The notes: a model not told the origin generated them from the sequence alone. A DNA stretch of 64,000 nucleotides from Syntrophales bacterium (GCA_963668175.1 OY764159.1:4160001-4224000), one strand, 5' to 3'. Counted from the first letter of the stretch, positions 9,507 to 20,820 are shown. A program made the numbers and translations.

Positions 9507-10853
9507 ATGGCATTGACAGGACTTCAGATACAGAAACTTCTTCCCAAGACCAACTGCCGGGAGTGCGGCTCCAATACGTGCATGGCGTTCGCCATGAGGC
9601 TTGCCGCCAGGAAGGCCGACCTCTCCCTCTGTCCGTATGCATCCGACGAGGCGAAGGCCATTCTGGGCGCCGCGGCCGAGCCGCCGGTGCGGGAGATCGG
9701 CTTGGGCGTCGACGGCGCCCTGCGGACAGGCGGCGAAACGGTCCTGTACCGGCATGAAAAAACCTTCGTCCACCGGACCATCTTCGCCGTCAATATCGAC
9801 GACACGACAAACGATGAACAGATTGACGCCACGCTGAAAGCCTTGAAGGGATACGCCCTCGATAGAGTGGGCGAAACCTTCAAGCTTGATATGATTTCCC
9901 TGACCCAAGCAGCGAAGGATGCCCCGGCCTTCATCGAACTCGCCCGCCGCGCCGCCGCCGTGACGGAACTGCCGCTCGTGATCCGCAGCAAGGACCCGCA
10001 TCTCCTTGCCGAAGTCTCGGCGGCGTTAAAGGGAACTACCTGCGTCCTCTCCGCTGCAACGCCTGACACCGCCGCCATACTCGGGACGTCGGCCAAGGAA
10101 AACGGCCATGTCCTTGCCGTCACGGCTTCCGATATCAATGCGATGACGGCCTGTGTAAAGAACCTCAGGGATACGGGCCATACCGATCTGCTTCTCCAGT
10201 TTCAATCCTCCAACGTGGCCGAACAGTTCCAGACCAACACGGTCGTGCGAAGGGCAGCCCTCATGGACGGTGTCAAACCGATGGGCTATCCCTTCCTTCG
10301 CTTCATCGACCCTGCCGGAGATACCCTCGATATCGCCGCCGAAACGGCAACGGAAATCCTGAAATACGGAGGCATTTGCGTTCTGCCATCCTTCGATCCG
10401 GCCATAATCGCCGCCTTCATGACATTGAGGCTCAATATCTTCACCGATCCTCAGAAACCGATCCAGGTGGAGCCCAAGATATACGCCATCGGCGAGCCGG
10501 ATACCGAATCGCCCGTCTTCGTAACGACCAACTTCGCCCTCACCTATTTCATCGTCTCCGGCGAACTTGAGAACTGCGGCATCGGAAGCTGGCTTGCCGT
10601 CCCGGACTGCGACGGCATGAGCGTTCTTACGGCCTGGGCGGCAGGAAAATTTTCCGGCGCAACCGTGGCCAAGTTCATCAAGGAATCGGGACTGGAAGAC
10701 AGCGTTAAAACCAGGACCGTCACCATACCGGGCTATGTGTCGGTCATCAGCGGAGAGATCGAAGAAAACCTCCCGGGCTGGAAGGTCCTCATCGGCCCGC
10801 CGGATGCATCCGACCTGGACGGCTATGTCAAAGTGATGCTCGGTAAACCCTAA
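9507..10853 (+). CDS. acsC: Corrinoid Fe-S protein large subunit (gamma)
   Basis: LPKTNCRECGSNTCMAFA...CP 4Fe-4S domain, GGETVLYRHEK, NIFTDPQKP, TTNFALTYF, SVLTAWAAGKF. Confidence 0.96.
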   Translation: MALTGLQIQKLLPKTNCRECGSNTCMAFAMRLAARKADLSLCPYASDEAKAILGAAAEPPVREIGLGVDGALRTGGETVLYRHEKTFVHRTIFAVNIDDTTNDEQIDATLKALKGYALDRVGETFKLDMISLTQAAKDAPAFIELARRAAAVTELPLVIRSKDPHLLAEVSAALKGTTCVLSAATPDTAAILGTSAKENGHVLAVTASDINAMTACVKNLRDTGHTDLLLQFQSSNVAEQFQTNTVVRRAALMDGVKPMGYPFLRFIDPAGDTLDIAAETATEILKYGGICVLPSFDPAIIAAFMTLRLNIFTDPQKPIQVEPKIYAIGEPDTESPVFVTTNFALTYFIVSGELENCGIGSWLAVPDCDGMSVLTAWAAGKFSGATVAKFIKESGLEDSVKTRTVTIPGYVSVISGEIEENLPGWKVLIGPPDASDLDGYVKVMLGKP

Positions 10854-10868
10854 CCCGGACTTTACAGC

Positions 10869-12764
10869 ATGCCGCGGATAACCTTTCATCCTCTTGGAGC
10901 GACCGTCGAGGCGCCATCCGGCCTGGAATTGCGCGATGCCGCAAAACGGGCGGGCATCGAGTTGGACTTTCCCTGCGGCGGCCAGGGGACATGCGGCCGG
11001 TGCGCTGCGCGCGTCCTATCCGGCCGTCTAGACGTCATAGAGACAGCCATCTCGGCCGACACCGTTCCTGATGAAGGATCTATCCTCGCCTGCCGGGCAA
11101 AGATCGGCGATGAAGACGCCGTTGTCGAAGTACGCGAGCAGCCGGATTTGTCAGCCGGTCAGTTCATCGACGAAGAGGAAGAAGCCTCGTTCATACCGCC
11201 TGGATGGCAGGAGCAACCCACCGACCAGGGAGCCCTCGTCTCGACTTATCTCATTGATGTGCCTCCACCGCAGGAGGGAGAAGGCGCCTCGGACTTGGAG
11301 CGTTTGTATACGTCTCTGCGGCGAAATCCGGAGGAGCCTGCCTTCGATTACAGCCTGCATGCGCTGCGCGAGCTGGCGGGCGCCCTTCGCTGCCGAAACG
11401 GGAAGGCGATGGCTGCGGCCGGGCGCTTCGGTGAGCGCCGGCGCCTCGTCCATCTGGAAGCGGGCGGCGACCTCCGTTCTCTTTACGGCATCGCCGTGGA
11501 CCTTGGCACGACCACGGTGGCCGTCAACCTGGTTTCTATTCCCGAAAACCGCATCATCGCGTCACGGACGGAATACAACGGCCAGGTCGTCTGCGGCCTC
11601 GACATCATCAGCCGGATCAATTACGCCGGTCGACCGGAAAGACTGGAAGAACTGCGCCTGAGAGCCCTCAAGACGATCAACGGCTTGATCGGGCAACTAG
11701 CCGCTGCCGTCGCACCGGCCCGGAATCGGATATACGGCTGCGCCCTTTCCGGCAACACGACAATGATCCATCTCTTGCTGGGCATGAATCCCGAGTATAT
11801 CCGTCTTGCCCCCTACACGCCGACCGTTCTGGACGTGCCGCCGCTTCGGGCAGGCGATATCGGCCTCGACATCCACCCGGAAGGCCCCGTCTTCATATCC
11901 CCGGCCGTCGGCAGTTACGTCGGCGGCGATATCACCGCCGGTCTTCTCTGCACAGGCTCCGCCTTCACGAGCGACGAGATATGCCTTTTTATGGATATCG
12001 GCACCAACGGCGAAATCGTCTTGGGAAACGGCGATTTCCTCATGGCCTGCGCCTGTTCCGCAGGGCCGGCATTCGAAGGCGGCGGCATCGGAAACGGCAT
12101 GAGGGCCGCCGGCGGGGCCATCGACCGGGTGCAGATCGATCGGGAAACGGGGCAGGCGACTTATCGCACCATCGGTGATTTGCCCCCGCGCGGCATCTGC
12201 GGCTCCGGAATGCTGTCACTCCTGGCCGGCCTTTTCACGGGAGGATGGCTCGATGCGTCCGGTCGTTTCAAACGGCCGAGTTCTTCATCTTTTATCGACT
12301 TCAAAGGCAGACTGGGGATTTATACCGTTGTTCCCTGGGAGAAGAACGCGATCACCGTGACGGAGCGGGACATCGAAAATCTCATCCGCGCCAAGGCGGC
12401 GCTATATGCGGCCTGCGGCCTGCTCACGAAACAGGCGGGGATCGGATTTCAGAACATAGCAAAGGTATTCATCGCCGGCGGATTCGGGAGGTACCTGGAC
12501 ATTGAAGACGCCGTTACGATAGGATTGTTGCCGGATATCCCCCGGGACCGCTTCCATTACCTGGGGAATGCGTCGCTTAAGGGCAGCACGATGATCCTGC
12601 TTTCGGAAGAACACCGGAGGCTGCAACAGGGGTTCGTGAAACGCATGACCTATGTGGAACTCAACACGGACTCCGAATACATGGATCAATACACGGGGGC
12701 TCTTTTTCTGCCCCACACGGACCGCCGCCAGTTCCCTTCGCTGAAAAACCGGCTGGCGGATTGA
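10869..12764 (+). CDS. acsV: Corrinoid reductive activator, ASKHA ATPase with 2Fe-2S domain (AcsV/RACo)
   Basis: CGGQGTCGRC...LAC ferredoxin domain, DLGTTT, DIGTNGE, SAGPAFEG, GICGSG. Confidence 0.92.
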   Translation: MPRITFHPLGATVEAPSGLELRDAAKRAGIELDFPCGGQGTCGRCAARVLSGRLDVIETAISADTVPDEGSILACRAKIGDEDAVVEVREQPDLSAGQFIDEEEEASFIPPGWQEQPTDQGALVSTYLIDVPPPQEGEGASDLERLYTSLRRNPEEPAFDYSLHALRELAGALRCRNGKAMAAAGRFGERRRLVHLEAGGDLRSLYGIAVDLGTTTVAVNLVSIPENRIIASRTEYNGQVVCGLDIISRINYAGRPERLEELRLRALKTINGLIGQLAAAVAPARNRIYGCALSGNTTMIHLLLGMNPEYIRLAPYTPTVLDVPPLRAGDIGLDIHPEGPVFISPAVGSYVGGDITAGLLCTGSAFTSDEICLFMDIGTNGEIVLGNGDFLMACACSAGPAFEGGGIGNGMRAAGGAIDRVQIDRETGQATYRTIGDLPPRGICGSGMLSLLAGLFTGGWLDASGRFKRPSSSSFIDFKGRLGIYTVVPWEKNAITVTERDIENLIRAKAALYAACGLLTKQAGIGFQNIAKVFIAGGFGRYLDIEDAVTIGLLPDIPRDRFHYLGNASLKGSTMILLSEEHRRLQQGFVKRMTYVELNTDSEYMDQYTGALFLPHTDRRQFPSLKNRLAD

Positions 12765-12769
12765 CGGCC

Positions 12770-14134
12770 TCAATGCTTCAGGCCGTATTTCTTCAGCTTG
12801 TAGCGAAGCATCCTTTCGCTGATGCCGAGAAGTTCCGCGGCCTTGGTCTGGTGGTATCCCGTCTTTTCCATGGCCTCGACGATCAGCCGCTTCTCCAGGT
12901 CTTCGATGGACTCCTTGAGCATCCCTTCTTCCTTTCTGCCCGATTCTCCGTGATCGAACGCATCTTCGCCGAAAGGCAGATCCTCGATGGAAATTACCGA
13001 CTCACGGGCAATCACGACGGCCCGTTCGATGATGTTTTCCAATTCGCGGACATTGCCCGGATAATCGTATTTCAACAGGAGATCCTGGGCCTCGCGGCTG
13101 AAACCTGCTATGTCCTTGCCGTTGTCCGCCGCATAGCGTTTGATGAAATGATCGATAAGCACCGGGATGTCCTCTTTCCTCTCCCGCAGCGGCGGCATGG
13201 CCATAACGACCACATTCAGCCGGTAGAAGAGGTCTTCGCGGAAATCGCCGGCCTTGACCCTCGCTTCCAGATCGCGATTGGTGGCGCTGATGATGCGCAC
13301 GTCGGAGCGGATGGTTTGGTTGCCGCCCACCCGCTGAAACTCACGTTCCTGCAAAAAGCGAAGGAGTTTGACCTGGACCGATTGCGATAATTCGCCGATT
13401 TCGTCGAGGAAAAGGGTCCCGCCGTCGGCCTCTTCAAAACGGCCGATGCGCCGTGCCGTGGCCCCGGTAAAGGACCCTTTCTCATGACCGAAGAGTTCGC
13501 TCTCCAGAAGATTTTCATGCAAGGCGCTGCAGTTGACGGAGATGATGGGCCGCTGCGACCGCGGGCTCAAATGATGGATGAGCTTCGCCATCAGTTCCTT
13601 GCCCGTACCGCTTTCCCCCTGGATGAGTATCGTCGCCCGGCTGGCGGCGACACGTCCGGCCATGTTGATCAGGGCGCTCATTTTCGGACTCCGGAAAATG
13701 ATCTGATCGGTCGTCACTCCTTTTTCCCTGAGTTCCTGTCGAAGCAGTTCATTCTCCCTGATCAGGGTGCGCCGCTCAGATACGCGATCCACCAACAATA
13801 GCAGTTCGTCGAATTCGATGGGCTTGGTAATATAGTCTATGGCTCCTGATTTCATGGCTTCGACAGCCGTCTCGATCGTTCCGAAAGCTGTAATGATCAC
13901 GACGTCGATCTCGGCATTGATCCCCTTGACCGCCTTGAGGACATCCATACCGCTCAGGCCCGGCATCTTGTAGTCGAGCAGGATCAAATCGTAATGGCCG
14001 CTCCGGACCAGTTGCACGCCCTTTTCGCCGTTTTCAGCCTCGGAAACCGAGTGGCCCTCCTTGATAAGGAAATCTCTTAACATTTCCCGCTGGGACTGCC
14101 CGTCTTCCACAATCAGGATGTTCAATTTTTTCAT
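12770..14134 (-). CDS. Sigma54-dependent response regulator (NtrC/ZraR family)
   Basis: Receiver domain, GESGTGKE, GSFTGA, FREDLFYRL, C-terminal Fis HTH. Confidence 0.95.
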   Translation of the reverse strand: MKKLNILIVEDGQSQREMLRDFLIKEGHSVSEAENGEKGVQLVRSGHYDLILLDYKMPGLSGMDVLKAVKGINAEIDVVIITAFGTIETAVEAMKSGAIDYITKPIEFDELLLLVDRVSERRTLIRENELLRQELREKGVTTDQIIFRSPKMSALINMAGRVAASRATILIQGESGTGKELMAKLIHHLSPRSQRPIISVNCSALHENLLESELFGHEKGSFTGATARRIGRFEEADGGTLFLDEIGELSQSVQVKLLRFLQEREFQRVGGNQTIRSDVRIISATNRDLEARVKAGDFREDLFYRLNVVVMAMPPLRERKEDIPVLIDHFIKRYAADNGKDIAGFSREAQDLLLKYDYPGNVRELENIIERAVVIARESVISIEDLPFGEDAFDHGESGRKEEGMLKESIEDLEKRLIVEAMEKTGYHQTKAAELLGISERMLRYKLKKYGLKH

Positions 14135-15924
14135 GTCTGGATACCTTCTTTATTCGCCCGGTCGTTGATATGAATGGTCGGTAAAATGATCTCAAAAGTC
14201 GTGCCGGCGTTCTTGCGGCTGATGACATGTATTTCGCCGCCATGACCGCGGATGATTTCATGGGAAAGAGGCAATCCGAGGCCCAACCCTTTCTCCTTCG
14301 TCGTATACTCGGGATTGAAAATCTGATCCACTTCCTCCGTCGTCATCCCGCAGCCGTTGTCCGATATGCGGATGCTGACCCGGTCTTTGCTTATCTTTTC
14401 CACGGCGATGCGGATGTTGCCTCCGCCGGAGATGGACTCCATGGCGTTCTTGATGAAATTCAAGAGCGCCTGCTGGAGCTTGTCCACATCCATGGGTATA
14501 TTTAGATTGCCGTTCGACCACTCCGTCTTGACCGCAATGCCCTTCTCTTCCGCCTCGGCCTGTATGAGATTGACGATTTTCTGCAGGACCTCCGTGACGG
14601 GATAATCATGGAGTTCCAGGCGGCGGCTTTTGGAAAAGGTCAGGAACTCTTCAATAATTCCGTTCAGACGTCTGATCTCGTCCCGGATGACGCCGGTCAT
14701 GGTCTGAAACTCGGCAACCTGATTCTCGTCCGCCGGCATGAATTCCCTTTTCAACCGCTGGCTGGCCATGCTGATGGCATTTAAAGGATTGCGAATTTCG
14801 TGGGCGACTCCGGCGGCGAGTTTTCCCAGGGCCGACAGCCTTTCCGCCTTCTCCAGGCGGCGCTCTATGTCAACGATTCTAAGCAGGTGCTTATTCTGGT
14901 TCTGGTACAGGAACCACATGGACAACATCGTGATGATCACGACGAGCCCCATGAAGATGAACATGTTTCTCCTGTTCTCTTCCAGGATCTTCTCCGTACC
15001 GCCCCAGTCGATACCCAGCCTCGTAATCCCCACCACTTTACCGCCGAGCGAAAAAGGTACAGCCATATCGAGGAGCTGCTTCCCCAGGTACATAACCTTT
15101 CGGCTCTCCAGCTTTTTCGCACCGGACAGGATTTCCGCCGTATGCATCTCGCCTGGTTTCCAATTTTCCGGAAGGGTTCCGGTGCTGCCCAGCACTTTTC
15201 CCTTGGTATCCATAATTTTAATATAGACGAATCCCTGGCCTTGGCCGAGTTCGCGAATGGCTTTTTCCACGGATACTTTCAATCCCCAGTATTTCAATCC
15301 GTCACGGTCCAGCGCAATGATGATGGTGCCGCTGCCGTCCTTGCGTCTCAAGGCGACAAAACCCAGTTTTTTCACCAGGCTCAACTGGTTCAGGAGCGGC
15401 AACGTTACGGTTTCCTGCCTGGGAATGGAGGCCGCTTCGCCGGTGAACATGTCGGCCGGCAGCGGCCGGCTCTGGAATATGGTGCGGCCGTGCCGGTTCA
15501 GAACGGCGATGAGCCACAGGTCCTTTTCTTCGGCATATTTTCTCAATTCGCTTTTACTTAAATGATCTTCCTTCCATTTCTTATCGACATCCTTGGCCAA
15601 TTCGCCCAGGGCAGCGATGAGCGCCTTCTCCGGCGAGAACGGTTCGATGGTATAGGGCACAAAGGTCCCTTCCGTTCCTTTTTTAGGGGCATGGACAATG
15701 GCGTTCAAGTTTTCCTGCGAAAGGCGCTGTACGACATCGGCCAGACTTGTTCCCCGGCTTTCTATGAAATCCCCCAGGATTTTCTCGATCCGCTGCACGT
15801 CGATGAGACCCATGATAAGGATGAGCCCGATGAAAACGACGGAAACCGTCGCCACGGCGAGAGGCTGTAAAAAAGATCTGCCATAACGGGCGACAAGGCT
15901 CTGCCGCCATATTTTATCTTCCAT
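14131..15924 (-). CDS. Membrane sensor histidine kinase
   Basis: Two TM segments, AHEIRNPL H-box, N/G boxes; overlaps the regulator start. Confidence 0.93.
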   Translation of the reverse strand: MEDKIWRQSLVARYGRSFLQPLAVATVSVVFIGLILIMGLIDVQRIEKILGDFIESRGTSLADVVQRLSQENLNAIVHAPKKGTEGTFVPYTIEPFSPEKALIAALGELAKDVDKKWKEDHLSKSELRKYAEEKDLWLIAVLNRHGRTIFQSRPLPADMFTGEAASIPRQETVTLPLLNQLSLVKKLGFVALRRKDGSGTIIIALDRDGLKYWGLKVSVEKAIRELGQGQGFVYIKIMDTKGKVLGSTGTLPENWKPGEMHTAEILSGAKKLESRKVMYLGKQLLDMAVPFSLGGKVVGITRLGIDWGGTEKILEENRRNMFIFMGLVVIITMLSMWFLYQNQNKHLLRIVDIERRLEKAERLSALGKLAAGVAHEIRNPLNAISMASQRLKREFMPADENQVAEFQTMTGVIRDEIRRLNGIIEEFLTFSKSRRLELHDYPVTEVLQKIVNLIQAEAEEKGIAVKTEWSNGNLNIPMDVDKLQQALLNFIKNAMESISGGGNIRIAVEKISKDRVSIRISDNGCGMTTEEVDQIFNPEYTTKEKGLGLGLPLSHEIIRGHGGEIHVISRKNAGTTFEIILPTIHINDRANKEGIQT

Positions 15925-16054
15925 GATATTTTACCTTTTGATTTATAAGGGACCGGTTGTTCGGTCAAAATAACCGTCAACCGGCGCAATCATATGCCAT
16001 TGGAGATGGAAGTCAATGTTTACTTTCAAGCACAATCCGGATGTTTTATGCTGT

Positions 16055-16070
16055 TCGACAAATATGTCGA
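16055..16070. promoter_or_regulatory. Palindrome, candidate enhancer (UAS) for the adjacent sigma54 regulator
   Basis: TCGACA-AATA-TGTCGA; related half site CGACATTTTTTGCC at about 16144. Confidence 0.5.
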
Positions 16071-16246
16071 TTCCCGGGGCGATCGGCCGCTATTTGTATC
16101 TTGCCGATATTTAAGAGACAATTATATTCCCCCTGAAAACCGCCGACATTTTTTGCCTGATGGCGTCCCGTACCGCCATGGAGCCCCAGGCAGACCAAAC
16201 AATATATATTCTCGTAAATTCAACATGATACAAACATTCAATCTTT

Positions 16247-16263
16247 TTGGCACAGGACATGCA
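16247..16263 (+). promoter_or_regulatory. Sigma54 -24/-12 promoter
   Basis: TTGGCACAGGACATGCA, with GG at 16249-50 and GC at 16261-62. Confidence 0.75.
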
Positions 16264-16273
16264 AGCTTTATAT

Positions 16274-16399
16274 GTTCAGAGAAGGTTTTCAGTCAATCAC
16301 CGGGCATGGTTGGCTGATAGTAGAACGATCCAAATCTTCATCTATTACAAAACCTTAAAACTCCTGTTGAAGGGGGGGGCATCATTCCCCCCCTTTTTT
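16274..16399 (+). ncRNA. Candidate sigma54-dependent small RNA (about 125 nt)
   Basis: Lies between the sigma54 promoter and a G8/C7 hairpin plus T6; predicted three-way junction; no convincing ORF or RBS. Confidence 0.6.
16370..16399 (+). terminator. Intrinsic terminator overlapping the rarA stop codon on the opposite strand
   Basis: AAGGGGGGGG-CATCATT-CCCCCCCTT followed by TTTT. Confidence 0.75.
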
Positions 16400-17752
16400 A
16401 TTATCTTTTCTTCCAAGATTCATGCCTTTGCTCTTCTGCCAATACTCGATTCTTTCCCGAATGGTCTTTTCGAAACCGCGGTCAGTAGGATAATAGAACT
16501 TCATGCCCTTCAGCTTGTCAGGCAGATACTCCTGGGCGACATAGGCGTCTTCGTAGTCGTGCGCGTATTTGTAACCTTTGCTGTAGCCCAAATTTTTCAT
16601 GAGATTGGTCGGCGCATTCCGAATATGGAGGGGAACAGGCAGCGTGCCGGTCCGGGCCACGGTCGCCTTGACCCGGCCGTAGCCGGTATAAAGGGCGTTG
16701 CTTTTGGGCGCCGTTGCGAGATAAACCGCCGCCTGGGCCAGGGCGAGTTCGCCCTCCGGCAATCCGATGAAATGAAACGCTTCCTTGGCGTCCATGGCGA
16801 CGGCAAGAGCCCTTGGGTCCGCATTCCCGATATCCTCCGAAGCGAATCGCACCATGCGTCGGGCTATGAACAAAGGGTCTTCTCCCGCCATCAGCATCCG
16901 CGCCAGCCAATAGAGGGCGGCATCCGGATCACTTCCCCGGAGACTCTTGTGGAAAGCCGAGATCAGGTTGTAATGCTCTTCGCCATGTTTGTCATATTGC
17001 AGGGCTTTTTTCTGCAGCGATTCTTCGACTACCGAAACCGTGATCCTTTTTCGCCCTTCACCCGGTTCGCGGGACGACAGGAACGACGCAACGGCGTCGA
17101 GATTGTTCAACGCCGCCCGGGCATCGCCGTCGGCAAGTCCGACGACGGCCTCCAAGGCATCCGGATCAATCTCCAATCCCAACCGGCCCAAGCCCCTCTC
17201 TTCGTCCCGGACGGCTCTCAGTATTATTGTTCCAAGTTCTTCTTCGCTGAAAGGTTCCAGGACCATGACCTGAAGCCGCGACAGCAGGGGCGATATGACT
17301 TCGAAAGATGGATTTTCCGTCGTTGCGCCGATCAGAGTGATCAGGCCGTTCTCCACATGGGGGAGAAAGGCGTCCTGCTGGGCCTTGTTGAAACGGTGAA
17401 TTTCATCGACAAAAAGAACGGTTTTTTGCCGTTTCCGGCCCCACCGCTCGGAGGCTTCGTCGATCACGGCCCGGATATCTTTCACGCCCGAGAGCACAGC
17501 CGAGAAACTCGTAAAATGCGACTTCGTTTCATGGGCTATAATGCTTGCCAGGGTTGTCTTTCCCGAACCCGGCGCCCCCCAGAATATCATCGAAAAAAGC
17601 TTATCCTGTTCGATGGCCAGGCGCAACAGGCTGTTTTCTCCCAATAGTTTAGCTTGCCCGATATATTCATCCAGCCGGCGGGGACGCATCCGCTCGGCCA
17701 GCGGCCTTCGTTCGTTTGTTCCGCCTTCTTCTTGTTCCTCGAAAAGGTCCAT
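16382..17752 (-). CDS. rarA: Replication-associated recombination protein A
   Basis: [52 protein letters not shown] upstream of the ATG at 17752. Confidence 0.95.
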   Translation of the reverse strand: MDLFEEQEEGGTNERRPLAERMRPRRLDEYIGQAKLLGENSLLRLAIEQDKLFSMIFWGAPGSGKTTLASIIAHETKSHFTSFSAVLSGVKDIRAVIDEASERWGRKRQKTVLFVDEIHRFNKAQQDAFLPHVENGLITLIGATTENPSFEVISPLLSRLQVMVLEPFSEEELGTIILRAVRDEERGLGRLGLEIDPDALEAVVGLADGDARAALNNLDAVASFLSSREPGEGRKRITVSVVEESLQKKALQYDKHGEEHYNLISAFHKSLRGSDPDAALYWLARMLMAGEDPLFIARRMVRFASEDIGNADPRALAVAMDAKEAFHFIGLPEGELALAQAAVYLATAPKSNALYTGYGRVKATVARTGTLPVPLHIRNAPTNLMKNLGYSKGYKYAHDYEDAYVAQEYLPDKLKGMKFYYPTDRGFEKTIRERIEYWQKSKGMNLGRKDNKKGGE

Positions 17753-18027
17753 ATTCTCTCCTGCCATGACTGACAAACCGTGCGCCGCACATCCGTCCTG
17801 CGGCGGCGCGGCACAAGTACCTTCATGGTCGATATCATTTTCGTTTTAAGGAAATCAACCCTATTTATTGCCGTAATAACCCACTATAGACGCGATCATG
17901 AAAGGTCGAAAATTGCCCGTTCTCACTGCTGCCCGGCGGAATTCCTGGCAATAGGAACGCGTCGTATGCTAGACTCACAAACGTCACACCGGAACCGACA
18001 TGAAGCCCCGAATAACACAGGAGGTCG

Positions 18028-19221
18028 ATGATGATCACCGAGACTCTGCTTTTTCTGGCCCACCTGGCTATCGTCAGCATCGCGATCATGGCGTCGATGC
18101 AGATTTTATGGGAGAAAAACAGCCCCTTGAGGATGTATGCCCTGATCATTCCGAGCCTTGTCTACATGACGTTCATGGGTTTTATGATCGGAAAGATAGG
18201 CGTTTACAATCTCACGGCGATGATCGTGACGTGCCTCGCCAGCATTATTGGGCTTACCCTCAATTTTGCCGTCATCTCCGCACGACAATCCGGACCGATA
18301 TGGGCCATCATGCAGGGATTGGCGGCCAGAGCCCGGGCGATCTCCGACAGTTCGGAGGTCATGGGAGAAGCAAGCGGCGCCATGTCTCACGGATCGGCCA
18401 TCCAGAGCGCCACCCTCGAAGAAACGAGTGCGTCCCTCAAGGAAGTCCTCTCCATAACCAGACGGAACACCGATAAAACGAAAGAGATGAACAGCCTGGT
18501 GGACGAGACGGCGAGGATCATCTCGCGGATGAGTGCATTCATGGAAGATCTGACCCATTCCATGAACGATATCAACAAGGCCAGCGAAGAGACGTCAAAG
18601 ATCATCCGAACCATAGACGAAATAGCTTTTCAGACGAATCTCCTGGCGCTGAATGCCGCCGTGGAAGCGGCCAGGGCAGGGGCAGCAGGGGCGGGATTTG
18701 CCGTCGTCGCCGGCGAAGTGAGAAACCTGGCTATGCGTTCCGCAGAAGCGGCAAAAAACACAGCCGATCTGATCGAAGGAACCGTCAAAAAGATCAAGGC
18801 CGGCACCGAACTTGTCGCCAGGACGAATCAGGAGTTCACTGAAGTCACCGCCCGATCCGCGAAAATGGGCACCATGATCGCCGAAATTACAACCGTTTCC
18901 CAGCAGCAGGAACAGGGCATCGAACAGATCAGCAGTTCCATCCTCAATCTGGATCATGTCACCGGGGAGAACATGGCCCACGCCGAAGAGTGCTCGGCCC
19001 TGGCGGAGGATACATCCCAGCAGGCGGAAACCATGAGACGGTACATCCGGCGCATGGCCCCACTCGTCGGCTGGAGAAAATCGGCCGCAAAAGCCGTAAA
19101 ACGCATCCCCGACCGCTCGGAGGAGCAGCCCTCAAAGCAGGATACGCCCCGCCGGATAGAAAGAACCACCCCGAACCGGGCATTGCCGCCTCCTAAAAAG
19201 CAGCTTACCAAAAAAACCTGA
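18028..19221 (+). CDS. Methyl-accepting chemotaxis protein
   Basis: [23 protein letters not shown]...[13 protein letters not shown] signalling domain; N-terminal hydrophobic helices. Confidence 0.92.
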   Translation: MMITETLLFLAHLAIVSIAIMASMQILWEKNSPLRMYALIIPSLVYMTFMGFMIGKIGVYNLTAMIVTCLASIIGLTLNFAVISARQSGPIWAIMQGLAARARAISDSSEVMGEASGAMSHGSAIQSATLEETSASLKEVLSITRRNTDKTKEMNSLVDETARIISRMSAFMEDLTHSMNDINKASEETSKIIRTIDEIAFQTNLLALNAAVEAARAGAAGAGFAVVAGEVRNLAMRSAEAAKNTADLIEGTVKKIKAGTELVARTNQEFTEVTARSAKMGTMIAEITTVSQQQEQGIEQISSSILNLDHVTGENMAHAEECSALAEDTSQQAETMRRYIRRMAPLVGWRKSAAKAVKRIPDRSEEQPSKQDTPRRIERTTPNRALPPPKKQLTKKT

Positions 19222-19278
19222 GGGGATGATGATCGTTCGAACGACGATAACCCCCGCTGCGCGATCAGGTTCAATTCG

Positions 19279-20820
19279 TCATGAATTCTGCCGTTCCGAC
19301 GATATTGGATCGTATTCCGTACCGGTATCGGGTGCCGGCAACGGCCGGACCGCCTTTTCAATCCCGTCCACCGCTTCGATATCGCTGCCGGTGGAGGCCC
19401 CCAGCTCCTTGAAGCGCCTTGCCGTCACCAGGACCCTTCTTTCCAGCGATCCCATCGCCTTGTTATAGGCGTCCACGGCATTGCTCAATCCCTTGCCCAG
19501 GCTTGCAAAGTGGCCGGCAAGCGTCGTAATGCGGTCGTACAAAGACTTCCCCAATTCGCTGATCTGCTGGGCGTTTTCGGTGATCTTCTCCTGCCGCCAG
19601 CCATAGGCGACGGCTTTGAGAAGGGCAATCAGCGTCGTCGGCGTCGCCAGAATAACGCGATTTTCAACGCCGAATTCGATCAAACCCGGGTCCTGTTCCA
19701 GGGCCGCGCTGAAGAAGGTTTCGCCCGGCAGAAACAGGACGGCCATTTCGGGCGTCGGCGTGAAGTGCTCCCAGTAGGTCTTTGACCCGAGACTCGCCAG
19801 ATGCACCCGGATTTGGCGGGCATGCTCCTTCAGTTTCACCGTTCTTGCCGCTTCATCCTGGGTTTCCAGGGCTTCCAGGTAGGCCTGAAGAGGGGCCTTG
19901 GAATCGACGATGATGTTCTTGCCGTTCGGCAGTTTTACAACCATGTCCGGCCGTATCCTGCGATCATCCGCCGTTGCTGTTTCCTGCTGGATGAAATCGC
20001 AGTATTCAAGCATGCCGGCGATCTCCACGACTCTCTTCAATTGAATTTCGCCCCAGCGGCCGCGGACCGTGGGCATGCGCAGCGCCTTGACCAGATTGGC
20101 CGTCTCGCCCTGGAGCTGGACCTGTGTCGTGGCCAGCGATTTGATCTGCTCCGTCAGGGTGGCATAGGCGGACGTCCGCGCCTGCTCCAGATCGCGAATC
20201 TTGGTGTCGACTTTATCCAGAGATTCCCTGACGGGCTTGACCATCTCGTCGATGGCGCGGCGTCTCATTTCCAGATCGCCCCTGGCGCCTTCCTGGTACT
20301 TTTCCAGGATCGTACCCGCCAGGTCCAGGAACGCCTGATTGTTACTCTTTAAAGCCTCCGCCGACAAAGCCTTGAAGGCATCGGACAATTCATCCCGGGC
20401 GCGGCCGAGCAGAGCAAGCTTCTCCTCGGCGGAACGTTTCTCTTCGTTAAGCCTCGTTTCCGTCTCGGACAGGCAGGTTTTAAGCTCCGTTATTTCGTTC
20501 CGGAGTTCAACGATCTGTCGATCCCTGTCTCCCAAAGACGATTCAAGCGCCGGGATCCTGGTATTCCTCTCTTCCGCCGAAATACGGCGCCCCGTTTCTT
20601 CATTCAGGGTGTTTCTGAGGGCGGCCAGTTCCTCCCGGTCCCTGTCCAGCGCCTCCCTTATGTCCTTAAGCTGTCCTTCGCGGTTCTGCAGGCGCTCCTC
20701 CAGAATGCCCCTTTCTTTTTCGATGTCCTTGCTCGCGCTTAAGCGGCAAAGCATAAAGGCCGCCAGCGCCCCCCCCGCAATGCCCAGGATGAAGAAAATG
20801 ATGACCGATAGATAATCCAT
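19279..20820 (-). CDS. rmuC: DNA recombination protein RmuC
   Basis: N-terminal TM and coiled coil, [35 protein letters not shown]. Confidence 0.93.
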   Translation of the reverse strand: MDYLSVIIFFILGIAGGALAAFMLCRLSASKDIEKERGILEERLQNREGQLKDIREALDRDREELAALRNTLNEETGRRISAEERNTRIPALESSLGDRDRQIVELRNEITELKTCLSETETRLNEEKRSAEEKLALLGRARDELSDAFKALSAEALKSNNQAFLDLAGTILEKYQEGARGDLEMRRRAIDEMVKPVRESLDKVDTKIRDLEQARTSAYATLTEQIKSLATTQVQLQGETANLVKALRMPTVRGRWGEIQLKRVVEIAGMLEYCDFIQQETATADDRRIRPDMVVKLPNGKNIIVDSKAPLQAYLEALETQDEAARTVKLKEHARQIRVHLASLGSKTYWEHFTPTPEMAVLFLPGETFFSAALEQDPGLIEFGVENRVILATPTTLIALLKAVAYGWRQEKITENAQQISELGKSLYDRITTLAGHFASLGKGLSNAVDAYNKAMGSLERRVLVTARRFKELGASTGSDIEAVDGIEKAVRPLPAPDTGTEYDPISSERQNS

